Assembly (NCBI GenBank): GCA_029260965.1
Contig: JAJDCG010000002.1
Span: 1 to 58,522 of the forward strand
Length of the DNA stretch: 58,522 nucleotides
Reading direction: 5' to 3'
Origin: Candidatus Levyibacteriota bacterium
GTDB lineage: Bacteria > Patescibacteriota > Microgenomatia > Levybacterales > UBA12049
Under the pieces are notes generated by a model. It was not told the DNA's origin. It saw nothing but the letters and a program-made list of their open reading frames with translations, and searched no databases. Positions 34,462 through 45,308 of the stretch are shown here, in pieces. Position numbers and translations under genes: made by a program. The first letter of the stretch is position 1, and each line of letters begins with the position of its first letter.

Positions 34462-35406
34462 ATGAAAATATTTAGTGGGAGTTCCAATAAGCCGCTTGCT
34501 GAGAAGATTGCGGCTAATTTAGGCCTTGGCTTGAGCCCTGTAGAGATATTTGTTTTTCCTGATGGTGAGCGGAGGATCAAGTTAAATGAGAAAGTGGTAA
34601 ATGAGGACACGATCGTTGTTCAGTCAACTGCAACACCAGTTGATAATAGTTACACAGAATTATTCTTTATCATTGATGCCTTGAGGCGGTCTGGCGCGAA
34701 ATCTGTGACAGTTGTGATGCCATATGTTGGTTATCAAAGACAAGATCATATTTTTCGAGAGGGTGAGGCGGTTTCTCTGAGGGTGATGATAAATATTCTT
34801 GAATCACTTGGAGTTGATCGGATTATCACGCTTGATCTTCACAGTATCAAAATTCCTGAGTTTTTTAAGATCCCACAGACTGAGCTTTCAGCTCTGTCGA
34901 TGTTTGCTAAGGAGATAAGGGATATTGTAAATTCAAAATCCGAAGCGCAAAATTCGGATTTGAGCGTAATTAAAAATTCTGTTCTTGTCTCTCCTGATAT
35001 GGGAGGATTGCGGCGCATTAAAATTATCTCTACTCTGCTAAATATGCCTTGGATCGCCACGGTCAAGGATCGTGATCTGGATACGGGTGAGATAGAAATT
35101 GGCCGTTTGGACGGGGTGCTGCCAGAGGGTGCTAGAGCAGCTTTCATAGTAGATGATATGATTTCAAGCGGCAAGACTATCGTAAAGGCAGCAAATTTAC
35201 TCAGGGAGAATGGTCTGGAGGAGATATATGTATTTGTGACACATCCGATTTTTTCAGCTGATGCATCAGAACTTTTACAAAAATCTGATATTCAAAAAGT
35301 TTTTGTGACAGACAGCGTTTTTGTGCCAGAGGAAAAGCTATTTGAGAAACTTGAAATACTCAGCGTTGCGGAGATAATCTCGAAGGAATTAGGAATTAGG
35401 AATTAG
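34462..35406 (+). CDS. prs: Ribose-phosphate pyrophosphokinase, paralog 2
   Basis: MKIFSGSS start, FPDGE, PYVGYQRQDHIFREGE, LDLHS, SPDMGG and VDDMISSGKT. Confidence 0.93.
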   Translation: MKIFSGSSNKPLAEKIAANLGLGLSPVEIFVFPDGERRIKLNEKVVNEDTIVVQSTATPVDNSYTELFFIIDALRRSGAKSVTVVMPYVGYQRQDHIFREGEAVSLRVMINILESLGVDRIITLDLHSIKIPEFFKIPQTELSALSMFAKEIRDIVNSKSEAQNSDLSVIKNSVLVSPDMGGLRRIKIISTLLNMPWIATVKDRDLDTGEIEIGRLDGVLPEGARAAFIVDDMISSGKTIVKAANLLRENGLEEIYVFVTHPIFSADASELLQKSDIQKVFVTDSVFVPEEKLFEKLEILSVAEIISKELGIRN

Positions 35407-35419
35407 GAATTAGGAATTA
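35385..35419 (+). repeat. (GGAATTA)x5 perfect heptamer repeat spanning the prs2 stop and recR start
   Basis: Five exact copies. The last A is the A of the recR ATG. Confidence 0.95.
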
Positions 35420-36027
35420 TGCGTATACCAAAAGCAATTACCAATTTAGTTGAAAGTTTTGAGCGTCTTCCTGGGGTGGGTCCCAAGTCAGCACAAAGGC
35501 TTACTTTTTATCTTTTACACGTTCCACAGGGTGAACTTGATAAATTTGCTTTATCTATCCAAAAGCTGAAAGTCGATACAGTTATTTGTTCAATTTGTCA
35601 GGCGGTTGACGAGAGCGATCCTTGTAGTATTTGTAGTGATGACAGACGGGACAAGACTATGATTTGTGTTTTGGAGGAACCTCTTGATGTGCTGGCTCTT
35701 GAAAAGTCAGGAAAATATAAAGGAGTCTATCACGTATTGCATGGACGAATTGATCCGTTGAATAATATCGGGCCCGAGGAGATACGCATCCAGCAGCTTA
35801 TGGATAGAATTAGGAATAAAGATTTAGGAATTAGGGAGGTTATTTTGGCGACAAATCCGACAATGGAGGGGGAGGCAACAGCGATGTTTATCGCAAAACA
35901 ACTCAAGAGTGTGAATCGGGAATTAAGAATTACACGAATAGGTAGAGGTCTGCCTACAGGTGCAGATATAGAATATGCAGATAGTACAACTCTTGACCAA
36001 GCTCTTTCGGGTAGGATGGATTATTAG
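35419..36027 (+). CDS. recR: Recombination mediator RecR
   Basis: LPGVGPKSAQR, C4 zinc finger, YHVLHG, ILATNPTMEGEAT and RGLPTG. Confidence 0.98.
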   Translation: MRIPKAITNLVESFERLPGVGPKSAQRLTFYLLHVPQGELDKFALSIQKLKVDTVICSICQAVDESDPCSICSDDRRDKTMICVLEEPLDVLALEKSGKYKGVYHVLHGRIDPLNNIGPEEIRIQQLMDRIRNKDLGIREVILATNPTMEGEATAMFIAKQLKSVNRELRITRIGRGLPTGADIEYADSTTLDQALSGRMDY

Positions 36028-36071
36028 CCTCAAAATTTTGCATTTTAGCTTCTTTCTTATAATATAGTTAT

Positions 36072-36722
36072 ATGAGTGGAAATACATTTGGAACAGATGA
36101 TTTAGAAAAGACTTTTGAGCAAGGAATATCTACGGTTAAAAAGACAGCTGGTTCTGTCGTAAAACAGACTGCCCAACAGGCACAAGCCACAAAAAAAACT
36201 TTTATAGATCAACTTTACGGAGTAAAAGATGATGCTGCAAAGGAATCCGGCTCTGGTAACAACAGTCAGAATGTTGTTAATCAACAACTGGCAAAACCAG
36301 ACATTCCCTCTGATCTCACTCAATTCCCAGGTCTTACCAGTCCTCAAGATATTGCCAGATATCACCAGATACAGAATCAGCTCAAGGGACAACAGGGTGG
36401 GTCAGGTGATCCCTCACAAAAGGCCAAGGCGCAGAGTACGCATAATCAGAATTATTTTCGTAAAGACATAGGGACTCTGGAGGATCAGATAGACCGTGAA
36501 TCCCAGAAAAAAATACAGATTGAGAAGGAGAAACTGCAGGCAGAGAAGCAACAGGAGATTGAAAGACAGCAGGCAGATAAGGCAGCAGATCAGGAATTTA
36601 CTGCTCCTCAAGGCAAAGCTAAAGAGGGTGCTTCGCGTAATCGTATGGGTAAAAAGACGAATAGTATTGTTGTAACGCGGGCGGAAAGAAAAGCAGAAAT
36701 GTTCCGCGGCGCCAGTGGATAA
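36072..36722 (+). CDS. Hypothetical Gln/Lys-rich coiled-coil protein
   Basis: ORF with ATG 8 nt after TATAAT. Low complexity. Confidence 0.75.
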   Translation: MSGNTFGTDDLEKTFEQGISTVKKTAGSVVKQTAQQAQATKKTFIDQLYGVKDDAAKESGSGNNSQNVVNQQLAKPDIPSDLTQFPGLTSPQDIARYHQIQNQLKGQQGGSGDPSQKAKAQSTHNQNYFRKDIGTLEDQIDRESQKKIQIEKEKLQAEKQQEIERQQADKAADQEFTAPQGKAKEGASRNRMGKKTNSIVVTRAERKAEMFRGASG

Positions 36723-36859
36723 GATTGGTATTGAGTATAAATATAAAGTATTTTTCCTTTTAATCTTTAGCCTCATGGGGTATAATAGAAGCGTCAATGA
36801 TTAGATAGTTCAATTGTGATATGTTTAATTATTTAACTATATAGTAATATAGCTTTTTT

Positions 36860-38272
36860 ATGCTTAGACTCTACAACTCACTCACGAAAAAAGTAGAAGA
36901 ATTTAAACCGATAGATGAAAAAAAGGTCGGAATTTATACCTGTGGGCCAACTGTTTACCTTTTCCAACATATTGGTAATTTTCGTTCATTTGCAACAGCA
37001 GATTTTTTGATCCGCGCACTCCGTGCGAATGGACTGAAAACAAGATTTGTGATGAACATCACAGATGTTGGTCATATGACTGATGATCAGGTAGGTGGCG
37101 GAGACATGGGTGAGGACAAGATAGAAAAAGCAGCTGCCAGAGAGGGAAAATCAGTGTGGGAGGTGGCGAAATTTTACACAGATACATTTCTCAAAGATTA
37201 CGAACTTCTTAATCTAACCCCTGCCGATAAATTATGCAAAGCTACAGATCATATCAGAGAGCAGATTGACCTCATAAAGCAAATTGAAGAAAAAGGTTTT
37301 ACATATCAGATAAATGATGGGATTTATTTTGATACCTCAAAGCTTAAAAACTATGGTCAGCTTTCATCACTTGATGAAATCAAAGAAGGTGCTAGGGTTG
37401 AAAAAAATGATGAGAAGAAAAATCCACGTGATTTCGCGCTTTGGAAGTTTTCTCCAGTAGGTGAGCGTCGTCAAATGGAGTGGAAAAGTCCGTGGGGAGT
37501 AGGATTTCCAGGGTGGCATATCGAGTGTTCGGCTATGAGCATGAAGTATCTGGGAATTTCTTTCGATATTCATACAGGAGGCGTAGACCACAAGGAGATT
37601 CACCATCCAAATGAGATCGCGCAGTCAAAAGCTGTAACAGGCAAAAACCTTGCCAATTTTTGGATTCATACAGCATTTATGCAGGTTGCTGGCGACAAAA
37701 TGAGTAAAAGTCTGGGAAATACATATACTCTTTATGATCTGGAGAAAGAGGGTTACGAGCCACTCGCTCTTCGCTATTTGTACTTACAAACTCACTACAG
37801 ACAGGAGATGAATTTTACCTATGCTGCACTTGATGGAGCACAAAATGCACTTAGGAGGTTATGGAATGATGTATCGCGCTGGGAGGATCCGTCGGCAAGC
37901 TCAGGGCAGGTTCAGAAAGATTTTGATGAATATGAAAAGGCTTTTTTTGAAGCTGTTAATGATGATCTTAACATGTCTAAAGCATTGGCAGTGATGTGGG
38001 TGCTTGTAAAATCAGATAATCCAACAGGTGCCAAATCCCGTCTGCTTTTCAAGATGGACGAGGTGCTAGGTCTGGATATAGAGAAGAAAAGTGCGGAGTT
38101 AAAAAAACAGGCAGGTCTAGTGCCAGACCACATCAGGGAAATGCTTGAAGAGAGAGAATCGTTGAGAAAAGACAAAAGATATAATCTCGCAGATCAAATG
38201 AGGCGCAAAATTGAAAAATTGGGATATGTAGTGGAGGATACAAAAAAGGGAGCCAAAGCGAGAAAGAAGTGA
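36860..38272 (+). CDS. cysS: Cysteine--tRNA ligase
   Basis: CGPTVY, HIGN, DFALWK, GWHIECSAM and KMSKS. Confidence 0.98.
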   Translation: MLRLYNSLTKKVEEFKPIDEKKVGIYTCGPTVYLFQHIGNFRSFATADFLIRALRANGLKTRFVMNITDVGHMTDDQVGGGDMGEDKIEKAAAREGKSVWEVAKFYTDTFLKDYELLNLTPADKLCKATDHIREQIDLIKQIEEKGFTYQINDGIYFDTSKLKNYGQLSSLDEIKEGARVEKNDEKKNPRDFALWKFSPVGERRQMEWKSPWGVGFPGWHIECSAMSMKYLGISFDIHTGGVDHKEIHHPNEIAQSKAVTGKNLANFWIHTAFMQVAGDKMSKSLGNTYTLYDLEKEGYEPLALRYLYLQTHYRQEMNFTYAALDGAQNALRRLWNDVSRWEDPSASSGQVQKDFDEYEKAFFEAVNDDLNMSKALAVMWVLVKSDNPTGAKSRLLFKMDEVLGLDIEKKSAELKKQAGLVPDHIREMLEERESLRKDKRYNLADQMRRKIEKLGYVVEDTKKGAKARKK

Positions 38273-38308
38273 TATTTTCGCTGCTGTAGGTGGGTTAATC
38301 AAAACAGA

Positions 38309-39004
38309 ATGGATAAAGTAAAAGAAATAGTGCCCAAGCATGTTGCCTTTATCATGGATGGCAATCGGAGATGGGCGAGGAGTAAAGCACTACCCCTGAT
38401 GACAGGACATGCCAGAGGTTATGGTCGAGTTGAGCCTACGATCGAATATGCCCGAAAAAAGGGTATAAAATATTTGACTTTTTGGGCATTTTCTACTGAG
38501 AATTGGAATCGCTCTGAAAAAGAAATCTCATATCTCATGGAACTTTTTCGCAAATTATTTAAAGAAAAATACATAGAGAGGCTTGCAAAAGATGGGGTAA
38601 GAATTGGTGTTTTTGGTGAGATAAAGCCTTTTCCTAAGGATATAAGAGAGAATATAAAAAAAGTAATTAAGTCTTCATACAAGAATGAGAAAATGTTTGT
38701 AAATATCGCGCTTAACTACGGTGGTAGGGATGAAATAATACGCGCAGTAAACAGTTTGATAAAAGCTGGAAAAGAAAAAGTAACAGAAAATGAATTTTCA
38801 AAACGTCTTTATAGTGTTGGACAGCCTGACCCAGATCTTATCATCCGCACGAGTGGTGAGATGAGGCTTAGTGGTTTTCTGTCCTGGCAGGGAGCTTATT
38901 CAGAGCTATATTTCACTGATAAATATTGGCCTGATTTTGACGAAAAAGAATTTGAAAAAGCACTTCTTGAATATTCCCGCCGACAGAGAAGATTTGGAAA
39001 ATAA
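38309..39004 (+). CDS. uppS: Undecaprenyl diphosphate synthase (cis-prenyltransferase)
   Basis: HVAFIMDGNRRWA, FSTENWNR, NYGGRDE and DLIIRTSGEMRLSGFL. Confidence 0.97.
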   Translation: MDKVKEIVPKHVAFIMDGNRRWARSKALPLMTGHARGYGRVEPTIEYARKKGIKYLTFWAFSTENWNRSEKEISYLMELFRKLFKEKYIERLAKDGVRIGVFGEIKPFPKDIRENIKKVIKSSYKNEKMFVNIALNYGGRDEIIRAVNSLIKAGKEKVTENEFSKRLYSVGQPDPDLIIRTSGEMRLSGFLSWQGAYSELYFTDKYWPDFDEKEFEKALLEYSRRQRRFGK

Positions 39005-39074
39005 GTTGTTTTAGTTTGTTGTATTTTCTTTTGTAATTCTTTCAGTTTTGTTTTATGCCGTAGATCTTAGAATT

Positions 39075-41285
39075 TTACGGAATAGTTATTGCAACAGTAG
39101 GTTGGGGAGTACTTGTTGGGTTCTGTGTCGGTGTTGCTGTTGATGCAGGTTGAGTAGTAGGCGTTGGTGTTGGGTCTTCAGTTTCTTCCTCTTGGCTGTT
39201 TTCTTCATCTCCAGGCTCTTCAGTAGGTGTCGGTGTCCCGCTTCCTGTAGGTGTTGTTGTCGCACTTGGTGCACCGCATTCCTTTGGTTGGGTGCCTGAT
39301 ATATAGTATTCCAGATACGGTCTGAAGAAACTGGAGCATATTCGTTGTTCAACTACAAATGTAGGTTTTTTAAATTCTATTACTTCGGTACCTGTGAGAA
39401 AGTTATTCATGAGATTGCGCCATACAGGTGCGGCACCAAGTGATCCAGCAACATTATTCATGGGTGAGTTGTCGTTGTTTCCCACCCATACTCCTATTGC
39501 CAGATTTGGTGTATATCCGATCGTAAGCGCATCTCTGTAGTCTTCAGTCGTTCCTGTTTTGACAGCAGCAGTGCGGTTGACAGTAAGTGATCCCCCAAAT
39601 GTTTCAGCGCGTGCATTATTGTCGGATAAAATATGAGATATTATAAATGCTGTTTCTTCAGATATAGACTTTTTTGACTCTGAATCTCTGAAGAATGAAA
39701 AAAGTTTTTCGTACCATTTGCGCTGGTCTATAACTTCACCATATTTATTTTCTATTTCTATTATAGCCTTTGGTTTGTGGTATATTCCACTGTTGGCAAG
39801 TGCTGCATATCCAGCTGTCATCTCCAGTAGTGGTACTTCACCTGTGCCAAGAACTAGAGATAGTCCGTAGTCGGATTCGTTTTTGAGTGTTGTAATACCG
39901 AAATCTTCTGCTCGGTTCAGGCCGTTTTTGACACCGACTTTTTCCATGACTTCAACTGCTGGGATATTGAGCGAGTTTGCAAGGGCGCGCCTAACTGTTA
40001 CAGAACCGCGGAAACGTTCATCATAGTTTTTTGGTTCGTAATTCCCAGGAAAAGTTTTTTCCTCATCCTCAAGTATGCTGGAGGCGGTGATCAGACGGCG
40101 CTCTATGGCATCAGCATAGATGATGGGTTTGAAAGATGATCCTGGCTGGCGGGGAATTAAGGCCATGTTTGTTTTGCCATATTCTTCATCAAACCAGTCA
40201 TATGAGCCAACCATTACAAGTATTTCTCCGTTTTGGGGGTTGATCGCAATTGCTGCAGAGTTGCTGGCATTGCTGGATCTTAGTGCTAGCACCCTATTTT
40301 TTACTGTTGTTTCTGCAAATTCTTGTTTGGCGCTATCAAGTGTGGTGGTTACTTTAAATCCTTCTCTGATGATACGCTCTTCGCCATATTTTTCGATGAG
40401 CACATTTTTGATATAGACTGCAAAGTGGGGAGCAAGATTATTGTTTTTTGTTATGTCTTGAGGATTGTAGCTTAATTCATTGCCTGCTGTTTGATTTGCC
40501 TCAGTCTGGCTGATGTATCCATCCTCAACCATTTCATCCAATACTATTTTTTGACGTCTGAGTGCCTCAGTGTCATCATTGGAAAGAGGGGAAAAAGCAG
40601 ATGGCGCAGGAAGTATGGCAACCAGAAGTGCTGATTCTTCAAGAGTTAAATCTGATGCAGTCTTGCCAAAATAAGAAAGCGCTGCATTTTCAATTCCAAA
40701 TGCTCCCTCGCCAAAATAAACTGAATTGAGATACATCTCCAGTATATCTTCTTTGCTAAATCTTCTGTTCAGTTCCGCTGCAAGTACGAGTTCTTGATAT
40801 TTTCTCAGATAGTTACGTCCGGAGTTGAGGAAGACATTTTTGGCCAATTCCTGTGTGATAGTTGATCCACCCTCGACAATTCGTCCAGCAAAAAGATTGG
40901 TAACAAATGCACGAGCTATCCCACGAATTGAAAATCCAGGATTGGTATAGAAATTTTTATCCTCAGCTGCGATTACTGCTTGTTTGGTGTGTTCTGGAAT
41001 CTGGTCCAGTCTTATGTAGCGGATTTCTTTGGGTTGAAAAAAAGTAAAGAATTGTTGTCCATCGCGGTCAAGTAGGGTTAGTCCTGTTTTGCCACGATTG
41101 ATGATGGTTTCTTTGTCTTTGAGGTCTTTTGCAAAATAGAGATAGGTAAGAGGAGGAATGAGAAGTAAAATTATTAGGACACCGGCGACAGCGTACCAGA
41201 AAAGTTTTTTATGTTTATGATAAAAGTTTTTGAAAGAGGATTTGAGACTTATTTCTTTCCACTTAATACCTACACGATCTTTCAT
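39075..41285 (-). CDS. Class A penicillin-binding protein (PBP1A family, transglycosylase-transpeptidase)
   Basis: EDKNFY, GGSTITQELAKN, RKYQE and YLNSVYFG. Transpeptidase motifs SSFK, SLN and KTGT. P/T/E-rich tail. Confidence 0.96.
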   Translation of the reverse strand: MKDRVGIKWKEISLKSSFKNFYHKHKKLFWYAVAGVLIILLLIPPLTYLYFAKDLKDKETIINRGKTGLTLLDRDGQQFFTFFQPKEIRYIRLDQIPEHTKQAVIAAEDKNFYTNPGFSIRGIARAFVTNLFAGRIVEGGSTITQELAKNVFLNSGRNYLRKYQELVLAAELNRRFSKEDILEMYLNSVYFGEGAFGIENAALSYFGKTASDLTLEESALLVAILPAPSAFSPLSNDDTEALRRQKIVLDEMVEDGYISQTEANQTAGNELSYNPQDITKNNNLAPHFAVYIKNVLIEKYGEERIIREGFKVTTTLDSAKQEFAETTVKNRVLALRSSNASNSAAIAINPQNGEILVMVGSYDWFDEEYGKTNMALIPRQPGSSFKPIIYADAIERRLITASSILEDEEKTFPGNYEPKNYDERFRGSVTVRRALANSLNIPAVEVMEKVGVKNGLNRAEDFGITTLKNESDYGLSLVLGTGEVPLLEMTAGYAALANSGIYHKPKAIIEIENKYGEVIDQRKWYEKLFSFFRDSESKKSISEETAFIISHILSDNNARAETFGGSLTVNRTAAVKTGTTEDYRDALTIGYTPNLAIGVWVGNNDNSPMNNVAGSLGAAPVWRNLMNNFLTGTEVIEFKKPTFVVEQRICSSFFRPYLEYYISGTQPKECGAPSATTTPTGSGTPTPTEEPGDEENSQEEETEDPTPTPTTQPASTATPTQNPTSTPQPTVAITIP

Positions 41286-41438
41286 AGCATTGAGGTTTAT
41301 TTTAGCATAAAATAATCTATTATTTTTATTCTATATATTTGTACATACAGATTGCGTTTAAACAAAAATTGTCAACCTTGCAAATAAAAAAACACAGTAT
41401 CTGTGATAGGTTGTTGTATGGTACAAAGCTAGAAAAAA

Positions 41439-42662
41439 TTATGAGTTGATTCTTCTTCCACTGCGATTCCCACCTTTAGAGCGCTCCATGCGTCCGCCGC
41501 GGTTAGGTTTATTTTTATGAAAGTTTTGTTCACGTGGTTGGTTTTGATGATGGGCAGCATCGGGGCCATGAGTTTGACCGATTCGCATGTCGTTTTCGGG
41601 ACGGGGAAGGGGCGTAATGCTTTTATCAAATGGCGGCTGAAGCCTGAACCTTTCAGGAATATACGCATTTGGAGGCATAAGGAATGGAAAAGGAATTATT
41701 ACCTTCTCAGGCGGGTTGCCTGGGACATCGCTATCGCGGTGTGCAAAAAGAGTTAGTGATCCAAAACGTTCCTTTGCCAGCATTTTATCAATCTCCTGGC
41801 GGTAGGTTTGAGGAATTTTGTCCGGATTTCTGTTGTATGTTTTTATAAATGTCTCAACTGAGGGGTAATGTTTGGCGAATTCTTTAATTTTTGCTTGTTC
41901 TTGAGGAGTTAATATATCTTCAGAAACAAAACCATCTTCAGCTAACCCTTTTTCAATAGGTGTATTTATACCGATATTTTGTAGAGCAGATGCGATAATT
42001 GGCTCAAATGTGTCCGCTCTTAGTTGGGCAAGTTTCAAGTTTTTTTCGCTTTTTTCGCCCAGTCCGCCACCAGGAGAATCATCTTCATCTGATGCTTGCG
42101 CGCCAGTTACCATTCGATCAATAATGAAGCCTTCATCAACTATTTGTTTTATTTGATTTGCTATTTTTTCAGGATCGCCTGGGTTGACGAGCTTGCCTGC
42201 TTCAGGATCTTTGGAGAATTGCCTTGCCCATTCTTCGTACGATTTAAATTCTCGGATGAGAGTTTCTCTTTGTGTGGATTCGGAAGTTTTCGCACCCTTA
42301 GCCAATTCCTCTCTTTCTCTATTGGGTCCAGGAACGCCAAGCCCCATCCACTGAGCGAGCATAGCAACAGATGTACCAAGAGCCATCCATTTATTAGGTT
42401 TTTTAATTTCTGTGGATCTTGAAGGATCTTCAGGGGTTAATTTTTTATCGGGAGGTAAGACTTTTTTTTCATTTTGTAGCTGTTCTCTGACGCGCTCAAT
42501 GTGTGGTGGTGTTTTTGATAGAGTTGCGGGTGGAGCCATCTTTGCACGGGTGGTGGGGTGTATCTTCTTAGAAGAGTCGGGGGGGTTATTATGCTCCACA
42601 TTGGGATTAGGGGAGGTAGTATCTTCGGGACTTGTTCCATTAGGACTTGTTTCATTATCCAT
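41439..42662 (-). CDS. Hypothetical protein with a disordered N-terminus, one hydrophobic segment and an R/G-rich C-terminus
   Basis: Long ORF. Start taken at MDNETSP (42662) because the upstream track extension overlaps the divergent msrB. Confidence 0.7.
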   Translation of the reverse strand: MDNETSPNGTSPEDTTSPNPNVEHNNPPDSSKKIHPTTRAKMAPPATLSKTPPHIERVREQLQNEKKVLPPDKKLTPEDPSRSTEIKKPNKWMALGTSVAMLAQWMGLGVPGPNREREELAKGAKTSESTQRETLIREFKSYEEWARQFSKDPEAGKLVNPGDPEKIANQIKQIVDEGFIIDRMVTGAQASDEDDSPGGGLGEKSEKNLKLAQLRADTFEPIIASALQNIGINTPIEKGLAEDGFVSEDILTPQEQAKIKEFAKHYPSVETFIKTYNRNPDKIPQTYRQEIDKMLAKERFGSLTLFAHRDSDVPGNPPEKVIIPFPFLMPPNAYIPERFRLQPPFDKSITPLPRPENDMRIGQTHGPDAAHHQNQPREQNFHKNKPNRGGRMERSKGGNRSGRRINS

Positions 42663-42728
42663 GCTAAATTTAGTATTGCTTGTAAATAAAGCAAAAGTCA
42701 AGTAATAACTATCTGATATAATAATTTT

Positions 42729-43136
42729 ATGAATGGTATGAGAGATAAGGATGAGAAATACTGGAAGGAAAAACTTACCCCTGAGCAGTATAAAGTCTTG
42801 CGGGAGAGGGGGACTGAGCGCCCTGGAACAGGAGAGCTTTTGCAAAATAGTCAAACAGGTGATTATATGTGTGCAGGCTGTGGGAGCGTGCTTTTTAAGA
42901 GTGATGCCAAGTATGAATCAAACATACCTGGACTTGCTGGTTGGCCGAGTTTTGCTGATGTGGCAAGTAGTGACACGGTTGAGTTGGTCCCAGACAACAG
43001 TTTGGGAATGTCTCGAACCGAAGTAATTTGTAAAAATTGTGGGGGACACCTGGGGCATTTGTTTGATGATAGCTCTTCTCCTACCAATCAGCACTATTGC
43101 ATAAATTCCGCAGCTCTTGAATTCAAGAAAAAATAA
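42729..43136 (+). CDS. msrB: Peptide-methionine (R)-S-oxide reductase MsrB
   Basis: GTERPG, CAGCG, GWPSF, RTEVICKNCGGHLGHLF and YCINS. Confidence 0.97.
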   Translation: MNGMRDKDEKYWKEKLTPEQYKVLRERGTERPGTGELLQNSQTGDYMCAGCGSVLFKSDAKYESNIPGLAGWPSFADVASSDTVELVPDNSLGMSRTEVICKNCGGHLGHLFDDSSSPTNQHYCINSAALEFKKK

Positions 43137-43296
43137 TTTAGTCAGATTTATCCAAGTAAGTCTCTTGTGAATTTTGAAAGTAGCAGACAATGAGGCTGTG
43201 TTCTGAAAAATTATAGCTTATTTAGTGCATCTAATTGATATGATCACTAGATATATCTATTGACAAGGTTTGATTTAGTTGTTACGTTATTGATAT

Positions 43297-44031
43297 ATGA
43301 GTGTTGAAGCTCCAGATAGGAGGGGGATTGGTTTAAGCTCAAGAGAAGATACGCAAGGCTATACAGGAGCTGAAGGTAAATTCAGAACTTTCAATGGTGC
43401 GCTCTTACTGACTGGGAGACCAGATGAAAATCAAGTTACTAGAACATTAGGAGTAGTTGATCCGCGCACACAGGAGGAAAAAAAGTGGCAGAAAGCTAGA
43501 GCAGCAGCTGCGAACAGGTCTGGAGGTAACACCCCACAAGATCCTGAGGCATATAGGGAATCAGCAATGCTTTCTGTTGATTTTGGACTAAGCGTGGTAG
43601 GAATCGACAAAGTTCTTAAAAAAGTAACAATAGACGGTGGAGTTGGCAAAGAGGCTTTTGGTGATTTGGTTGAAGAGATTAGTGTAAAAATTAGAGAGGA
43701 TTATGATCCTCAGGCAATACAAGATTCCAGAGAAAAAATAGTCGGAAAAAGAGGCAAATTAGCTGGATACCGTGAGCCTTCAAAAGAGATAGAAGATTTA
43801 TTGAGAAGAAAATATCGGTTGATGTATGGAGATCTGGGTGATGAAGGATCAGGATTTGTGCAGCCTGAAGAAGCAGCAAAAATGAAAACGAGATACCACA
43901 AGGAGCTTATGGCTATTCTTACAACGATAGAAGAGGGCGAAGTGCATGATGTTGGAAGCAAGATTGTTCATAATATAACCAATCGAGTAAAAAATAGGGG
44001 TGGTGTGCCAGAGGGAGCTGTGGCAAGGTAA
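43297..44031 (+). CDS. Hypothetical protein (orphan)
   Basis: ORF preceded by TTGACA-N17-TACGTT. No motif. Confidence 0.75.
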   Translation: MSVEAPDRRGIGLSSREDTQGYTGAEGKFRTFNGALLLTGRPDENQVTRTLGVVDPRTQEEKKWQKARAAAANRSGGNTPQDPEAYRESAMLSVDFGLSVVGIDKVLKKVTIDGGVGKEAFGDLVEEISVKIREDYDPQAIQDSREKIVGKRGKLAGYREPSKEIEDLLRRKYRLMYGDLGDEGSGFVQPEEAAKMKTRYHKELMAILTTIEEGEVHDVGSKIVHNITNRVKNRGGVPEGAVAR

Positions 44032-45234
44032 TCATTTCCCAAATCTTTCCTTCATCAGATCCCAAATACTAGAATTTTTTCCTTCATATCCCAGCACCCA
44101 GATGGCGATGCCAGAAAAGTTCTTATTATTTGCAAAATCATACCTGGCAGTTATTGATTTATCATCAGCTAGCCATACCTGATGATCAACTCCCTCTGTG
44201 TCTGTATACCAGCACCATGTCTCAAATGCATATTCATCCCATGAGCAGTTATCGGGATTGATATTATTATCTGTCTGCGCTCTGGCATAGGACATAACAG
44301 CAGCGTAATTATTTTTATGGTCTGATGGAAAAGTTGGGCTTTGGATTGTGGGTCCATCCTCAACTGCCCAGTCCCAGCCATAGTGAGGAACACCCATGAG
44401 AATTTTCTCTTTTGGGATGAATTGAGTTAAGTCTTCATACATAGTGGTTACATCAAAGTAGTACTTGTTCTCAGAAAATCCTGAAAGTGGTGATATTGGT
44501 CCTGCTATCTCAGATGAGATTCCATAAAAATCATAAGACATGCCGATAAATTGATCGTAAACAGGCTCAAGCTCTGCAAGATCCAAAATATCCTCACTTC
44601 GCATAGAATAGGGCATGACACTAAGGTATAGTTGGGCATTAGGGTTTTGTTTAACTAGTTCTTCTTTGAGATTTTTACTAAAGACTGTAAATTTTTGCCT
44701 ATATTCAGGATCTGCATCTCCGAGGTATTCAAAATCAATATTTATTCCATTTAGTTTTCTTGTCCGAATCTCTTTGAGAATATTTACAATTAGCTTTTCT
44801 TGAGCTTGAGGGTTATCAAGTAGCGCTTCAGTCGTGCTATTGACGTGTGAGATGATACTAAGTGATGTTTTGCTGCCAAATATTTGAGCTTTTGTCATGA
44901 AATCCTTGGTTTTCTGATTTTGCCATTCGCGCCAGCCTTCATTTGTTTCACCATTTACTATTTTTATAAATTCTCCATCTGCATCAATATTCAGGCCGAA
45001 GTAATCAACATTTGAGATATAGTTTAGTCGTATATTTTCGGTATCATTTATTCTCCAGTAGGGCAAAAAGCCAAATGTTTCGATAGAAAGATTTGGCCTT
45101 GGACTGATTAATCTTTCTGCATAATGCCCTGCAGATATGAGTGGGTGAGTTTGGGGGTATTTTGACCTTGCAAAGAACCAGAAAGCAGATAGTGTCAGAA
45201 TCAGAATGACTATTCCAGCGAGCAGCTTTTTCAT
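44032..45234 (-). CDS. Glycoside hydrolase family 18 protein, membrane-anchored
   Basis: Signal anchor, catalytic NGINIDFEY, MSYDF, LMGVPHYG and GIAIWVLG. Confidence 0.9.
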   Translation of the reverse strand: MKKLLAGIVILILTLSAFWFFARSKYPQTHPLISAGHYAERLISPRPNLSIETFGFLPYWRINDTENIRLNYISNVDYFGLNIDADGEFIKIVNGETNEGWREWQNQKTKDFMTKAQIFGSKTSLSIISHVNSTTEALLDNPQAQEKLIVNILKEIRTRKLNGINIDFEYLGDADPEYRQKFTVFSKNLKEELVKQNPNAQLYLSVMPYSMRSEDILDLAELEPVYDQFIGMSYDFYGISSEIAGPISPLSGFSENKYYFDVTTMYEDLTQFIPKEKILMGVPHYGWDWAVEDGPTIQSPTFPSDHKNNYAAVMSYARAQTDNNINPDNCSWDEYAFETWCWYTDTEGVDHQVWLADDKSITARYDFANNKNFSGIAIWVLGYEGKNSSIWDLMKERFGK

Positions 45235-45308
45235 AGAGAGTTAATTATAGATTTTTGGGCAGTAAAGAGCAAATTCACTTTGTGAAAATTTTGTGCTACT
45301 CTTAATAT

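Noticed and set aside
39090-39270. Thr/Pro/Glu repeats at the PBP1A C-terminus as a DNA repeat element
   Set aside because: This is an ordinary low-complexity protein tail with no nucleotide-level tandem unit.
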